From: Rebecca billardiae RCC1528
Lineage: Eukaryota > Protista > Haptophyta
Direction of reading: 5' to 3'
Assembly: GCA_965240325.2 (NCBI GenBank)
Contig: OZ251232.1
Span: 1,674,001 to 1,738,000 of the forward strand
DNA: 64,000 nt
Below, piece by piece: positions 47,528 through 59,630 of this stretch. Numbering within the stretch: position 1 is the first letter of the stretch; each line of letters begins with the position of its first letter. Under the pieces are notes generated by a model. That model did no database searches. It was not told the origin of the DNA and was given only the letters and a program-made list of their open reading frames with translations. Made by a program: the position numbers and the translations under genes.

Positions 47528-49142
47528 TCACCACGGCCCCATCTTCGCCAGTGCGGCGAACGCTGCGGCCGGTGTGCGGGGGTCGAGGTCGGAGCTGGAG
47601 AAGGCGGAGTAGCGGCCGACCGCATTCACCGTCGTACCCCGCAGCGTCACTGTCACGTCGCCGACGAAGGCCATGTGCCCGCCGTAGCGCATCGACTTGT
47701 TCTTGATGCCGAGCTCCGAGACCGGAAAGGAGCACTGGGTGCTGCCGCCCGCGGCCGGGAACGCGAGCGCAAAGACGCCGGGGCACACGCCGTCGACCTC
47801 GGCACGAACCGTGTCCGTACCCCAGCGCAGGCCCTTCGAGTACACCATCTGGGCCTCAAACAGGCGTTTGATGGTCGGCTTGACCTGCTCCGCGAGCCCC
47901 GGCCAGCTCGCCCGCTCGCGCGCCTCCGCCTCTTCCTTGGCCCTGGCATTGTGGGCAACCGCGGCGAAAGGGGGGCGGGGCTGTCCATGAGTGTGTGCGC
48001 GCGCACGCGTGCCGGGCGCGCGCAAGGGTCGCCACCGGGCGCACGCAGGCACAGGCGCGCAGCTCACGCAGCCATCCCCGCAGCGTGCACCGCCGCGCGC
48101 ACCGCTTGAGCGCGTCGCGCTTCGCGTTCTCCTCGTCCATGAACTTCTGCGCGACCGCCAGCTTGGCGCGCGTCTCCGCCAACTCCTTGCGCAGCTCACG
48201 AACGGAGCGCGCGTGTGCGACGAGGGTGGCGCGCCCGGCGGTCGAGAGGCCGAGCGCGTCGCGCATGTCGCTCACGCGAGCCGCCTCGGCGTCGAGCTCG
48301 TCGACAAGCTTGGCGAGCTCGACCACCCCCGTCGCGTCCGCGCCCGCCTTCGTCAGCAGCTTGCCGTAGCGCGCGCGCAGCTCGTCAGCAGCGCAGAGGG
48401 CTTCGTCCAGGCTCGTGCGCGCATCTCCGTCAGCGGCACCGAGCGTGCGCAGCACGGCGCGGAGCTCGCCCGCGGCGCATTCGCGCTTGATCTCGTCCAG
48501 CACGCTGCACGCCGTCTGAAGCTCGTTCTTGAGCTCCGCGCCAAGATCCTTCGCCGAAGTCGTTCTGTCGGCGGGGACGGACGCGAGGACGGACACGTCC
48601 ACGCGCTCCGCCTCGGGCGTGGCGGGGTCGAGCGCGCGCGCGCACGCGGCGATGGCGGCTTCGAGGGCCCCGAAGAGGCTCTTCTCATCCGCGGCCTGCT
48701 GGATCGCCGCGCCGAGCCGCTCGCGCAGCGCGCGCGCGAGCGTGCTGGCGTGCTCCACCTCGAAGGCCTTGACGGCCTTCAGGTCGGCGTCAGCCGACGT
48801 GGCCGCTTCCGCCCAGAGCGCCAGCCACTGCTCCTCGCGCGAGCCCGCAGCGGCACGTGCAGCGGACTTCGCTGCCGACTTGGCGTACGCACTCGCCTCG
48901 CGCACCAGCGCCGTGAGCTCGGGGCCCTTCAACCCCGGGTTGGCCTTGGCGAGCGCATCGCGTAAGTGCGTGTACTGCGTGCGCGTCTTCGGCTTCTTGG
49001 CTGGCGGCAATGCCGAGGGGGCGTGCGGCAAGGGGCGCTTGGAGGCGGTGCTGGCATGCACCGGCGCCGGCGAGTCGCCCGCTGCCGCTGCTGTTGGTGG
49101 GCGCTCAGTGAGCGGACGGACTTCTGCTGCCGTCGTCGCCAT
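47528..49142 (-). CDS. Hypothetical protein: NLS-like N-terminus, helical core, small beta-rich C-terminal domain; exons 49142-48103, 47942-47528
   Basis: PPAKKPK motif; phase-2 GT-AG intron 47943-48102 joins DALKR to AKEEAEARER. Confidence 0.7.
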
Positions 49143-49604
49143 CCTAGTTTGAAAGACGCCGTCCAGGGCGCCGACGCACGCGCGTCCCGACTGACTCCCG
49201 AGATCGCTGGAGAGCCGCACGGAACCAACGGTCGCTCGTTGGTGCCTTATTCGAGTTTGAGGGTATGTATTTGATGGTCCTTTGGTTTGAGTGTTCTCGG
49301 CGCGGTGCTTTCCTCGGTTGTTTGAAGCTCCCACCCGGAATATCCGGATTGCTGCCAGGCTGAGCCTTGCGCTGCCGCTGGGCTGGCCGGATGATGGGAG
49401 GCGGCGGTTCACCGCGTTCACAATGCAATCATGATTCATGAATCATCATGGGTTGTTCCCGCGGAAAGCGAACCCAGCACGGCGTCCGCGGCACCCGTGC
49501 CGCCGGGCCCGCACGGGCCACGGCGGGGTCACCCGACAGCGACAGGCCCGCGTTGCGGGCAGTCCGGCGAGAGGGCACACACGGCGCGTGCAAACATGGC
49601 GTCG

Positions 49605-51125
49605 TCATCGTCGTGGCTCGCCGCCGCTGCTTTGGCCGCCCGGCGCCCCGGCGCCGCCCTCCGCTTGCGGCGGCGGGCGTGGGGGCTCCTTGGATGCTGC
49701 AGTATAATTCCAGTGTAGCACCATCTGCGACGGCAGCGTCGGGTGCCGCTTCTGCGCGTACGTGATCACGCGCTTGATCGCCTGCAGGTACTTGCGCTGC
49801 GTCTCGTCGTTCATCACATGCGCCGTGTGCGTCGTCTGGATCTTCTCGCGCGCCGCGCGCGTGTGGATACCGACCATGGTGACGCCTGCGCGCGCACGGG
49901 TGGTGCTCGCGCGTGAGAGCGCGAGCGCGCGCGCGCGCGCGCCGTGTCCGCGCCACCGAGCCTCGGCCGCGCGGCGCCGTGATGACGCGCCGCGCACCGA
50001 TGGGCCACGGGTCGTTCCCGATCGCCGCGAGGATGTACGCGTCCGTGGCGGCGACGTACTCCAGCGCGTCTATGTGGGTAAAGATCTTAACGATGTGCTG
50101 GAAGAGGTCCGCTGGGACGGCCGCGGTGCGGAGTTGCGATACGAGCGGCCGGAGGTTGCGCGTGGTCTCCTGGAAGGTGGCAGTGGCCTGCTTGCCGCGC
50201 GCGCTGCGCTTCTCCTGCGTGGGCCGAGGGCAGAACGCGCACGGCCGGCCGCGCGCGATGCGGAGGTCAGACAGCCGCACAGCCCGCGCTCGCCTGGCAT
50301 GGCCCGCGCGCGCGCGGCGCGCACCTCGTCCGTCCGGGCGGAGAGCTCGTCGTACCACTCTGTGAGCAGCGCGTGCAGGGTGCGCAGCACGCCCGCGCCC
50401 TTCCCCGCCTGCCCACCGCCCGCGCCCGCGCCGCCCCTCGCCGCAAAATAGGCGTCGAGCTCACGAAGCACCTCAGGCGCGGCCGCGGCGCGTGCGCTCG
50501 CGCCGCCGGCCGCAGCGCCGGCCGCGGCGGCGTCGGCGCCTGCGCCGGGATGCGCGGCGTCAGTGCCCGCCGCCGAGCCCGCCGCGCCCGCCGCGCCCTC
50601 CGCAGCCCTCGGCAGCGTGGCCGCGACCGCGGCGGCGTCCGCGCCGCCGTCCGCGCCGGCGCTCGCTGCCTCATTCAGCCGTCTCTCATCGAGCTGGCGC
50701 TCGTTGAAGAGCTGCCCCGCGCGCAGCTCCGAGTTGGTCGCCGCCTGCGAAAGGCGGAGCTCGTCCTCCACCTTCGTGTACCGCAGCCAGCGCGCGGCGA
50801 CCGCCTCGTCGAAGAGCGTGATGGGGTGGCGCAGCGCGCGCAGGCGCTTCTTCACCTCGAGGTCGGGCAGCGCGTTCGGCGGGAGCAGGCCCTCCTCGGC
50901 GGGCTGCGCGCCGCCGTCGGGCGCGGCGGCAGGTGCGTCCGCGCGGCGTGCGCTCGAGCTGGACGGCCCCGCGTCGGGCTGCTCACCCGCCTTGGCCCGC
51001 TGCGCGTCCTTGTACCGCTGCGCCTCGAGCTGCTCGATCTCGCCTTTGCGCATCCACTTCCGCCCGCCCGTCAGCTCCTGCTTAGCCTTGCGCTTGCGCT
51101 CGATCTCGGCCTTGAGCGCGTCCAT
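49605..51125 (-). CDS. PRP18: Pre-mRNA splicing factor Prp18; exons 51125-50325, 50214-49998, 49885-49605
   Basis: [13 protein letters not shown]; PRP4-like [18 protein letters not shown]; [25 protein letters not shown]; [18 protein letters not shown]. Confidence 0.95.
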
Positions 51126-51339
51126 GAGGCACGCGGCCGGCCGGCCAGCCCCTTGGAGACGGCTCGGCTGGCTGCTGCGCGCGCCGACCGCTACGCGCGT
51201 CCAGTCGTCTACGCGCTCGCGGGAAGCGATGCGAGCCCGCCACGCCCACTCGCCCAGAGGATTTCCTTCGTCCGGCTTTTTCTGCACCGGGGCATTTCAA
51301 ACCTCGCAAGCTTTGTTTGACGGAGTCACGACGAGGCCG

Positions 51340-53293
51340 ATGTCGTCTTCCGCCATGGAGCGCGCGTCCGAGCTCGCGGCGGGGCTGGCGGCGGAGCTGG
51401 GGGTGGCGAGCGCGCACGAGTACTCCGACGCATTCATGCGCGCGTGCACGGCGACGTGGGACGCGGCCTCGAGCTGGGTGTACCTCGCATGGCTCGTCGT
51501 GCTGCCCGCCAGCCGCGCGGTCAGGGGCGTCACGACGTCCGTCTGGCCGCACGTGCGTGAAGGGGTGCGGCTGTGCTGGGCGACGTTCGTCGCGCAAGGG
51601 CGCACGGCCATTGCGGCCGAGCTCTCTGCGGTGGTCCTCGTCATCCTCGCCATCCTCCTCAAGCGGCACATCGCGCGGCAAAAGTACGTGCCGCGCGCGC
51701 GCGCGGCGTACAGCCGGCTCGCGGCGCGCGTGGACGCTCGGTACACGCGCTTCCTCGACGGGCTGCGCAAGCAGTCGCAGACGCTGGCCGCGCTGTTCCC
51801 GCACGTCGCGTACGCCGCGCTCGTCGGCATCGCGCTCCGCTTCCTCCCGTCCCTGGCCCACTCCGCGGCCGAGCTCACGTGGGCGCTCCGCGTCGGCCTC
51901 CCGCTGCTGGCGTCGACGCACGCGCTCGCCAACGCCAACCGGAAGGCGGAGGTGCACTGGCTGCAGTACTGGGTGGTGTTCGCCTCGGCGACGCTCGCGC
52001 GCGCGCTCGCGCGCGCGATCCCGGGCGGCGCGTCGCTGCTCGCCCTCGTGCCGCACGGCGCGGAGCTCGAGCTCGCGGGCTACGGCTGGCTGCACCTGCC
52101 AGGCACGAGATCGGTCGAGATTGCTTACGGCCAGTTGCGCCCGCTCTATGGCGCGACCGCGCCGCTGCGCGACCGCGCGGCGACGGGCTGGGCGCCGATC
52201 GGCCGCACGCTCGCGTTCGCCACGGAGCTGCTCCCGGCGCGCGCGCGCACGCTCAGCCGCGCCGCCGCCGACTCGGGCGTGCTCGCCCTCGCCCTCCTCT
52301 TCCTGCCCATGCCCGCGCGCCTCACCCACGGCGGCTGCCTACTCTTCGGCCTGGGCTATCCGGCATACGCGTCTGCGGCCGCGCTGTGGGAGCTCGAGGC
52401 GCAGGCGGAGCGCGCGCGCGAGCGCGCGCGCAGGCCGGTGGCCACCCCGCCGCCCGCGTCGGGGGTGGGCGCCGTCGCGTCCGCCCTGCTCCGCTCCGCG
52501 GACAAGCTGCGCCGGCGGACGACGGGCGGCACGGCGGGCACGGATCCCTCCGCGGGCGGCGCGGCGCCGAGCGGCTCGGCGGACTCGGATAACGCCTCCG
52601 CCGCCATCGCCGCGCGCACGGCGCTCTCCGCGCGGCTGCAGTACTGGACGGTGCGCGTCGCGCTCGCGAGCGCACTCAGCCCGCTCGCGCCCGTCCTGGC
52701 GTGGGTCCCGCTGGTCACCCACGCCGAGCTGCTCGGGCTGGTCTGGCTGCAGATGCCCTACTTCGGCGGGTGCGCGCTCGCGCCCGCGCGCCGGTGCGCC
52801 GTGCGTGCGCGGTGCGAGCGCGCGCGCGCGTCCGCGCTCACACGCGCGCGCTCGCGGCGTGCCTGCCGGCGTCGGCACTGCCTCCCGCAGCGCGGCTCGA
52901 GCGCACCTCATCATCGCGCGCCTGCTCAGTGCTCTGGTCGACAGCGGTCAGAGCTCGATGAGCGCGGTGGCGCGCACACCGCCCGTCCGGCGACCGGGCG
53001 CAGGGGACGACAGTGCCGGCGCAGCGCTGCGCACGCCTACGGAGAGGCGCGCGCTCACGAGTGGCGACGACACGCCGGTCCATGCACCGAGCAGCGCGAT
53101 CGCTCACGCCAACACCACGCCCGGCGGGCTCAATGTGGCCACTGCTGGCGTGGATCACGCCCGCCAAGCACGAGGCAGCAGCGAGCACCCAGTTGCGACG
53201 CCGCGCGAGGACGAGGTTGGTGATGCTGCTGGCATCTTGGACAGTTCAACGTCATCGTGGCGCCGCGGTGAGGTGCATGAACACGCGGAGTGA
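51340..53293 (+). CDS. Multi-pass membrane protein with TB2/DP1/HVA22 (REEP/Yop1)-like domains; exons 51340-52769, 52891-53293
   Basis: HWLQYWVVFA; GLGYPAYAS; RLQYWTV...WVPL....K/EL..LVWLQMPYFGGA after splicing 52770-52890. Confidence 0.75.
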
Positions 53294-54006
53294 CCGGCAG
53301 CGACGGCAGCCGCCCAGTCGGCGAGTCGCCCACTGCTCTGACTACGCGATGAGTATGCGTCGAGTATTGACACGTCACTCGCCCGACTCGGAGGCCAGTG
53401 ACCCGCCTGACCGAGTGTGCTGAGTGCTGTATAGTCAATAGACTATGTATATATAGAGAGAGAGTGATGATATCCAATGACTCCGATCATCGGTCCGATC
53501 GACCGATGAGTGATCCCCTGCCCCTGGCCCTGAGTGACACTCACTGACAGTGATCCGACGACGGGTCACGCCTCACGGGTGACGTCTGACGAGGTAGTCT
53601 GACGGAGTGACGGGGCCGTGACCGGGCATAAGGCGGGCGGCGGCGGCGGGCCCGCCGCGGGGAGACTCCCGGACGCGGACGCCGACACGGCCGGTCACGG
53701 GCATGATGCATCATGTTCATGATCATGTCACATTTATGAGTGATGATCGAAGTGGCACCAGCAGCCGGATGGCAGCTGCGTCGCCTGGATGGAGGACCGA
53801 GGAGTCAGGAGGTCCGACTCCGAGCTCGGTGTTGCCACGGCGCCGGGCGTCGACGCTGACACCGTAGTCGTGGCGAGGTGCGCGTCCCGAGTGATCGCCG
53901 TGCGCCCCACAACCCACGCGTATGCTTCGCGGCTTCGCCCCAGCACAGGCGCACGGCGACGATTTTATCACGCCGAGGCCGCCCGGTGGCCGCACGGAGC
54001 CCGGCG

Positions 54007-56384
54007 CTATTTGTCGTCGCTCTCGCCGCTCGGCTTCTTGCCGCCCAGGTAGCTCTTGAGCGACGCCATCGCGCCGCCGCCTCGGCTCTGTGTGCGCGGC
54101 GTGCGCGGGCCCTTCTTGCCGGCGGACTGCGGCCGCGTCTCTTTGCGCGGCGTCGGCTCGGCCGAGGTGCTGATGGGGTGCGGCACTTTCGGCGGGGACG
54201 GCGCCGGGCGCGGCTGCGGAGGTGGCGAGTGCGAGCGATCGGTCGCTGCGGCGGCCGACGAGGCCGCGGCCGAGCTCTGCGGGGGCGCGGGCCTTGGCGA
54301 CGGCTTCGGCGACGCCCTCGTGCGCTCGTCGTCCGGCGCGGGCGCGGAGACGACCGCGGACGTCTGCTGCACGCCGCCGCCCTGCTGCTGCCCGCCGCCG
54401 GGCTGGCCGCCTGCGAGCTGGAAGAGCAGCGCCATCGGGTCCATAAACACCTTGGGGCCGCCGCCGCCGCCGGCCATCGCCGCCGCCGACGAGCCGCCCG
54501 GAAGCACGTCGTCGGAGCACCAGTGCGGGATCTTGTGCTGCACGAGGATCTCCATCTGCGTGGCGGCGCACAGGCCCATCTCCATCACCACCGACTCCGC
54601 GTGCTTCTCCTTCCGCCCGCCGCCGCCGAACTCGATCGTGATGAAGGGCTCCTTGTTCGCCTCATAGAACGAGGCCAGGTGCTTGAGCGATTGGATGCGC
54701 GTGCCGTTGATCGAGTGGATGAGCAGGCCTCTGTACTCCTCGTACGTCACGTTGATGTCGTGCGCGAGCACGTCCTGCAGGATCACCGCCTCCTCGATAC
54801 CCGCGGTCGACGACTCCTTGTCGAAGAGGCTCATCAGCGACTGCACGTGCGCAAAGCCGCCGCTCGCGCCGCGCGAGATGATCTGATCGAGCAGGGGCTG
54901 CCCGGCGCGGAGGAAGACGAGCCCGCCGATGATCACCCAGCCCGGGCGGTAGTCCACGTGGAGCAGGGCGGGAAGCAGCGAGGGCGACTGCTCGAGCGTC
55001 GTCTCCACCTGCACGTGCTCCAGCTTGCCCACGCCGCCGGCGGTCACGCCCTTCTTAGCGCCAGGCGACATCGGCTGGCCGCCGCGCCGCAGCAGGTCCA
55101 GTTTGATCTTGTCCCCGACGGGCTTCTTGGTGACGAGGTACACCCAGTCGAGGCGCTCGTGCCCGCGGAACGGCACGTCGCCCTTCTCCGAGATCGCCAC
55201 GCCGTCGATGCGCACGAGCACGTCGCCCGGCTTCACGCCGCCCTTCTCCGCGCAGCCGCCCTTCACGACCTCCGTGATGAGGATCCCGTCCCGCGCTGGC
55301 GGCATCGAGCCGCCAAAGCTGAGGCGGCGGAGGGACGGGTTGACGAGGTCCTGCGTGGAGATGCCGAGCATCGGCAGCGGGGTGAACTGCGGCTTCTTCG
55401 TGCGCTGGTACGTCGAGAGGAACAGGTCGATCACCGGCACGGGGATAATGAAGCCCATGCCGGCCGCGTCCGTGCGCCCCGCAAAGGCAACGCCCACGAC
55501 CTCGTTCGTCTTATACGAGAAGACAGGCCCGCCCGAGTTGCCCGGGTTGATGGCCGCGTCTGCGCGCGAGGGGGCGGCGGGCCGGGGGCGGGTGGCGGTG
55601 AAGGCCGCCGCGCCGACGGGCGGCACGCCACCGCCCCGGGCACCGAGCGGAGGCCACCGGTGCGAGCGCCGCCGCCGCACCGCCGCCGGTGCCGCCGCCG
55701 GTGGCCCGATGGCGCTGGGCGCGAGGCGCGCGTGCTGCGAGCGCGCGCACCGATCTGCACGGCGAGCAGCAGGTTCTCGTCGTTCCACCCGCGCAGCGAC
55801 AGGTCCTTCATGTGCACGTTGGACACCACGCCGCGCGTCACCGTGATCGACGTGGCGCCGAGCGGATAGCCGAGGCAGATGACCGTGTCGTCAAGCTCTG
55901 GCACCTCCGGCTGGAACTTGACGGCGGGCAGCCCGACGAAGAAGTCGTCGTGGTCGACGGTGACGATGGCGAGGTCGCACATCACGCCCTCGCACAGCAC
56001 GCGCGCCGGGAAGTTGCCCGGCTGCCCATGCCGCTCCACGCGCAGCGAGGTCGAGTGGCGGATCACGTGGCTGTTGGTCAGGATCTTCTTGTCGCCGATG
56101 TAGAAGCCGGTGCCGGTGGAGACGCTGGGCTTCTTCATCTGCCACGGCTTCGAGAGCTCGGGCTCGGTCGAGAAGGTCATGAAGTGAATCAGCGCGGCGA
56201 AAGGCACCTCCGACACCTCATCGCGGTGGTAATTCGACGTGCCCACCCACGACGGGCCCAGCCCGCCGCCGCCGCCCGCCCCGCCCATCACTCCATGGCC
56301 GCCCGACTCTGCGAAGCGCTGAGCGGCGAGCACGGCGCGGACCGTTGTCTTGAGCGAGTGCGATGCGCGCTCGGGCTTGGACAT
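54007..56384 (-). CDS. Deg/HtrA serine protease (Deg2/9/10-like, trypsin plus PDZ domains); exons 56384-55751, 55559-54007
   Basis: Catalytic triad in ILTNSHVI, CDLAIV and QIDAAINPGNSGGP (restored by splicing 55560-55750); PDZ VKPGDVLVRIDG; start codon uncertain. Confidence 0.92.
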
Positions 56385-56695
56385 CGCTGCGGCCAATTGG
56401 GCGGCCGGGTCGGGCCCGCTGCACACGTGCGCCTCTTTTCCCGCGACGAGGGAGCGCGGCCGAACTTGGGCGAGCAGCTGCGCCGCCGGCTGATCAAGAT
56501 CCGGGTGAGAGCCGGCCGAGAAGGCGAGCAGCGATCTCCAAAGGCCGAGATCAAGCAGCAGAGCCTGCTTTCTTTTTTTCCCGTCGTCGAAAACCCAGGC
56601 TTTTCCCCGTCGGAGGAGAAAAGGCAAGGCCAGCACGCCCACCACGTGGACGGTCGCGGCGCGCATCTCCACCCGCTCCGCGGCGCGGTCGGTCG

Positions 56696-57739
56696 ATGGC
56701 GAAGGCGGCGAGCTCCAAGGCGGAGCGCGGAGGAGACGAGGGACGCACGCTCGAGCCCAAGCAGCCGAAGCGCAAAGCTGCACCCGCGGGCGATGGCGCC
56801 CCAGCCGAGGGCGGAGCGCCCAAGGAGCGCGCGCAGAAGCCCAGCAAGAAGCGGCGGCTATCGGCCAAGTCCGCCGCCGCACGGGAGGTGACGGATGACG
56901 ACGTGGAGGCAGACGACGCGCCCGCGGCCCCGCGGGGCAACCCGGCCTCGCACACCGTCTTCGTCGGCCAGCTCTCCTTCGGCACGAGCGCCGAGCAGCT
57001 GCAGCAGCATTTTGAGAGCACCCCTGGCATGTCTGCCGGCGTCACCGTGCGGCTGCTCACGCAGAAGGGGAGCAACAAGCCGAAGGGGACCGCGTTCGTG
57101 CAGCTGACGAGCGAGTCGGACGTGCACACCGCGCTCCGCGTGCTGCACAAGTCCATGCTCGACGGGCGGCGCATCAACGTCGAGCGCACGGTCGGCGGCG
57201 GCGGCAAGGGCACGCCGAGGCTCGAGAAGCTGAAGTCGCTGCGCGAGATGCAGGACGGGGCACGCGCGCGGCGCGTGCAGCAGCTGATCGAGTCCGTGAT
57301 CGAGGAGCACGCCTCGGGCGGCGCCGACGAGCTCGACGAGCCCGAGACCATGGGGCTCAGCACCGACGACACGGACGAGCGAGTGAGGGAGTTCCTCGGG
57401 ACGCTGGCGGAGGATGTGGCGCGCGCGGCGCTGCTCGACTTCGCCTCCTCGCCCGTCGTGCCCGGCGTGAAGAACCGGTGCGCGTACCTGATGGGCGTGC
57501 TCAAGCGGTACGTGGAGGAGCACACCGCCGACTCCAAGCAGCGGGCAGCGAGCGCCGGCGGCGCGCACGGGCGAAGCCGCTCAGCCGGCGGCGGCGCGGA
57601 GCGTCGGCGCGGCGGCGGGCGCGGTGGCGGGCGCGGCAGCGAGCGCGGCGGCGGCGGCGGACGAGGGCGCGGTGGCGGGCGCGGCGGCGGTGGACGCGGA
57701 AGGAGCGGGCGCGGCGGCGGACGGCGCGGTGGGAGCTAG
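56696..57739 (+). CDS. RNA-binding protein: RRM (Nop6-like), hnRNP Q/R acidic (NURR)-like domain and RGG tail
   Basis: RNP2 VFVGQL, RNP1 KGTAFVQL, RRINVERTVGGGGK; GVKNRCAYLMGVLKRY; C-terminal RGG repeats. Confidence 0.85.
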   Translation: MAKAASSKAERGGDEGRTLEPKQPKRKAAPAGDGAPAEGGAPKERAQKPSKKRRLSAKSAAAREVTDDDVEADDAPAAPRGNPASHTVFVGQLSFGTSAEQLQQHFESTPGMSAGVTVRLLTQKGSNKPKGTAFVQLTSESDVHTALRVLHKSMLDGRRINVERTVGGGGKGTPRLEKLKSLREMQDGARARRVQQLIESVIEEHASGGADELDEPETMGLSTDDTDERVREFLGTLAEDVARAALLDFASSPVVPGVKNRCAYLMGVLKRYVEEHTADSKQRAASAGGAHGRSRSAGGGAERRRGGGRGGGRGSERGGGGGRGRGGGRGGGGRGRSGRGGGRRGGS

Positions 57740-58329
57740 CTTGCACGCTTCGTCGTCCTTACGCGCTGGCGTGTCACCCCGCCCGATCTCAGCGTCATCT
57801 GTCGTCACCGTGCACGGTGCAGCCTGTGGCCGTGTGGCCCGCGTGGGGCGTGGGCGCGGCGACGGGCGTCACGCTCGTCACATTCAGAATGCCGCTGCTG
57901 CGGGGTACTGTCTCGTGCGCGCGCGGTCACCCATGCGGCGGCCAGCTCTGCACTCCCAGAGACAGCAGACCACGACGACGCGCAAGATCAGCAGCGCGGG
58001 CGTCGTCACGGCGCGCGGCAAAAAACAGCAGCAGCAGCAGCATATGGCGGTCATCGGTCTCATCGGACGGACGAGTCATCGGATCATCGTATATACTGGC
58101 TACGTCGTACTGCTATGTCGGCCGCGCGTGTCAGACGGCGCATCAGTGACGAGCTAAGTAAATAATACTACGCGCGAATGGCATACTAAAACGGGCTACG
58201 CGCGGCGCGGATCATTATTTACATTTATCGCCACTCTAGCTCCTCTGGCCGAGGTCCGATCCACCAAGCAGCCAGCGGGCCACTGGCCGTCGTACCGTCC
58301 AACCGTCGTCGGCTGCTCATCATGTGACA

Positions 58330-58331
<2 letters not shown>

Positions 58332-58407
<76 letters not shown>
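58332..58407. repeat. (AT)n microsatellite
   Basis: Visible directly in sequence. Confidence 0.95.
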
Positions 58408-58410
<3 letters not shown>

Positions 58411-58850
58411 GCGTTATAACGGAGTTATAACCGAGTGTGTCGGGAGGCTGGAAAGGCAACGCGCAGCTGGTGGACAAGGGCCGCCATCGTCTTCTAGGTC
58501 CTGCAGGTAGTTGCAGTCGATTTCCGGAGCTCATCGGCCACGGAGCTATCCTTTATCATCATCATGGCGGGCGCTGGTCCTTTCATATCGGCCAACCACA
58601 CTGGCTCCTCTGTAAGTACCCGCTCCTCTCCACTATCCGGCGCTCGAGATCATATACAAGGTCATCTTAAGTCGGCGTGGCAACTTACCAAAGTTCATAT
58701 CAAGCAGCCCACCTAGCAGAGCTCGCTCGATCATCGGTTACACGACCTTTCGGGCCGAGCTGCTCATCTCTCGGCAGCCCCTGCTTCGGCCTGCGCATCT
58801 GCAAAGCCCGAGGTCCCGCCATCTCCTCTGCGTTCTTTGCTTGTGCTCGT

Positions 58851-59014
<164 letters not shown>

Positions 59015-59052
59015 CGATAATGTCACCATTGACGGCGCGGGTCAGGAAAGTA

Positions 59053-59562
59053 CAGGCAATCGCGGGCAATAAGGAGCTGTCACGTTAAGAAACTGGGGCT
59101 TGCTATCTGCGGATCTGGCCTAGAAACTGAGACTATAGCGATTGGCTGGTTCGCTATACGCATAGTCACACTAAGAAACCGGGACTACGTCGTCCCGGCT
59201 GACGAGTGGTCCGCCGCGAGGGCGAGGCGCAGTCGGCCCGTCGGGGACGCGGCGCGCGCCCCGACTACGAGTACAGGCCAAGTCCCGACTTCTCCTGATG
59301 ACTGACTCCTGGCCAGTGCACCGCAGCATCCATGCAACATCATGCCAGATTTGCTCCAAAAAGGCCCAAAATTTTCTTCGGCCTCGCCGGCCGGGCCTAA
59401 AGACTCAGCGGGGGGCTCTGCCCCCCTGCGCCCCCCGCGCCTGCGCGGCGGGCGGACCTAGCTATAAGAAACTGAGACTCCGTAGGCGCTCGGGCTACCG
59501 AACGGCTAAGAAACCGAGGCTAGCCGTGAGATCTCTGACTTCTTATTGCCCGCGATTGCCTG
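59053..59562. mobile_element. MITE with 21-bp perfect TIRs and TA target-site duplication (Tc1/mariner-type)
   Basis: TA|CAGGCAATCGCGGGCAATAAG ... CTTATTGCCCGCGATTGCCTG|TA; five subterminal TAAGAAACYGRGRCT-like repeats. Confidence 0.88.
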
Positions 59563-59630
59563 TAGCTCGGCGAGCCGCGCCACCGACAGTCAGCCAGCCC
59601 GCGGAGGCATGCCGCTCATGCGCCTCGGTG

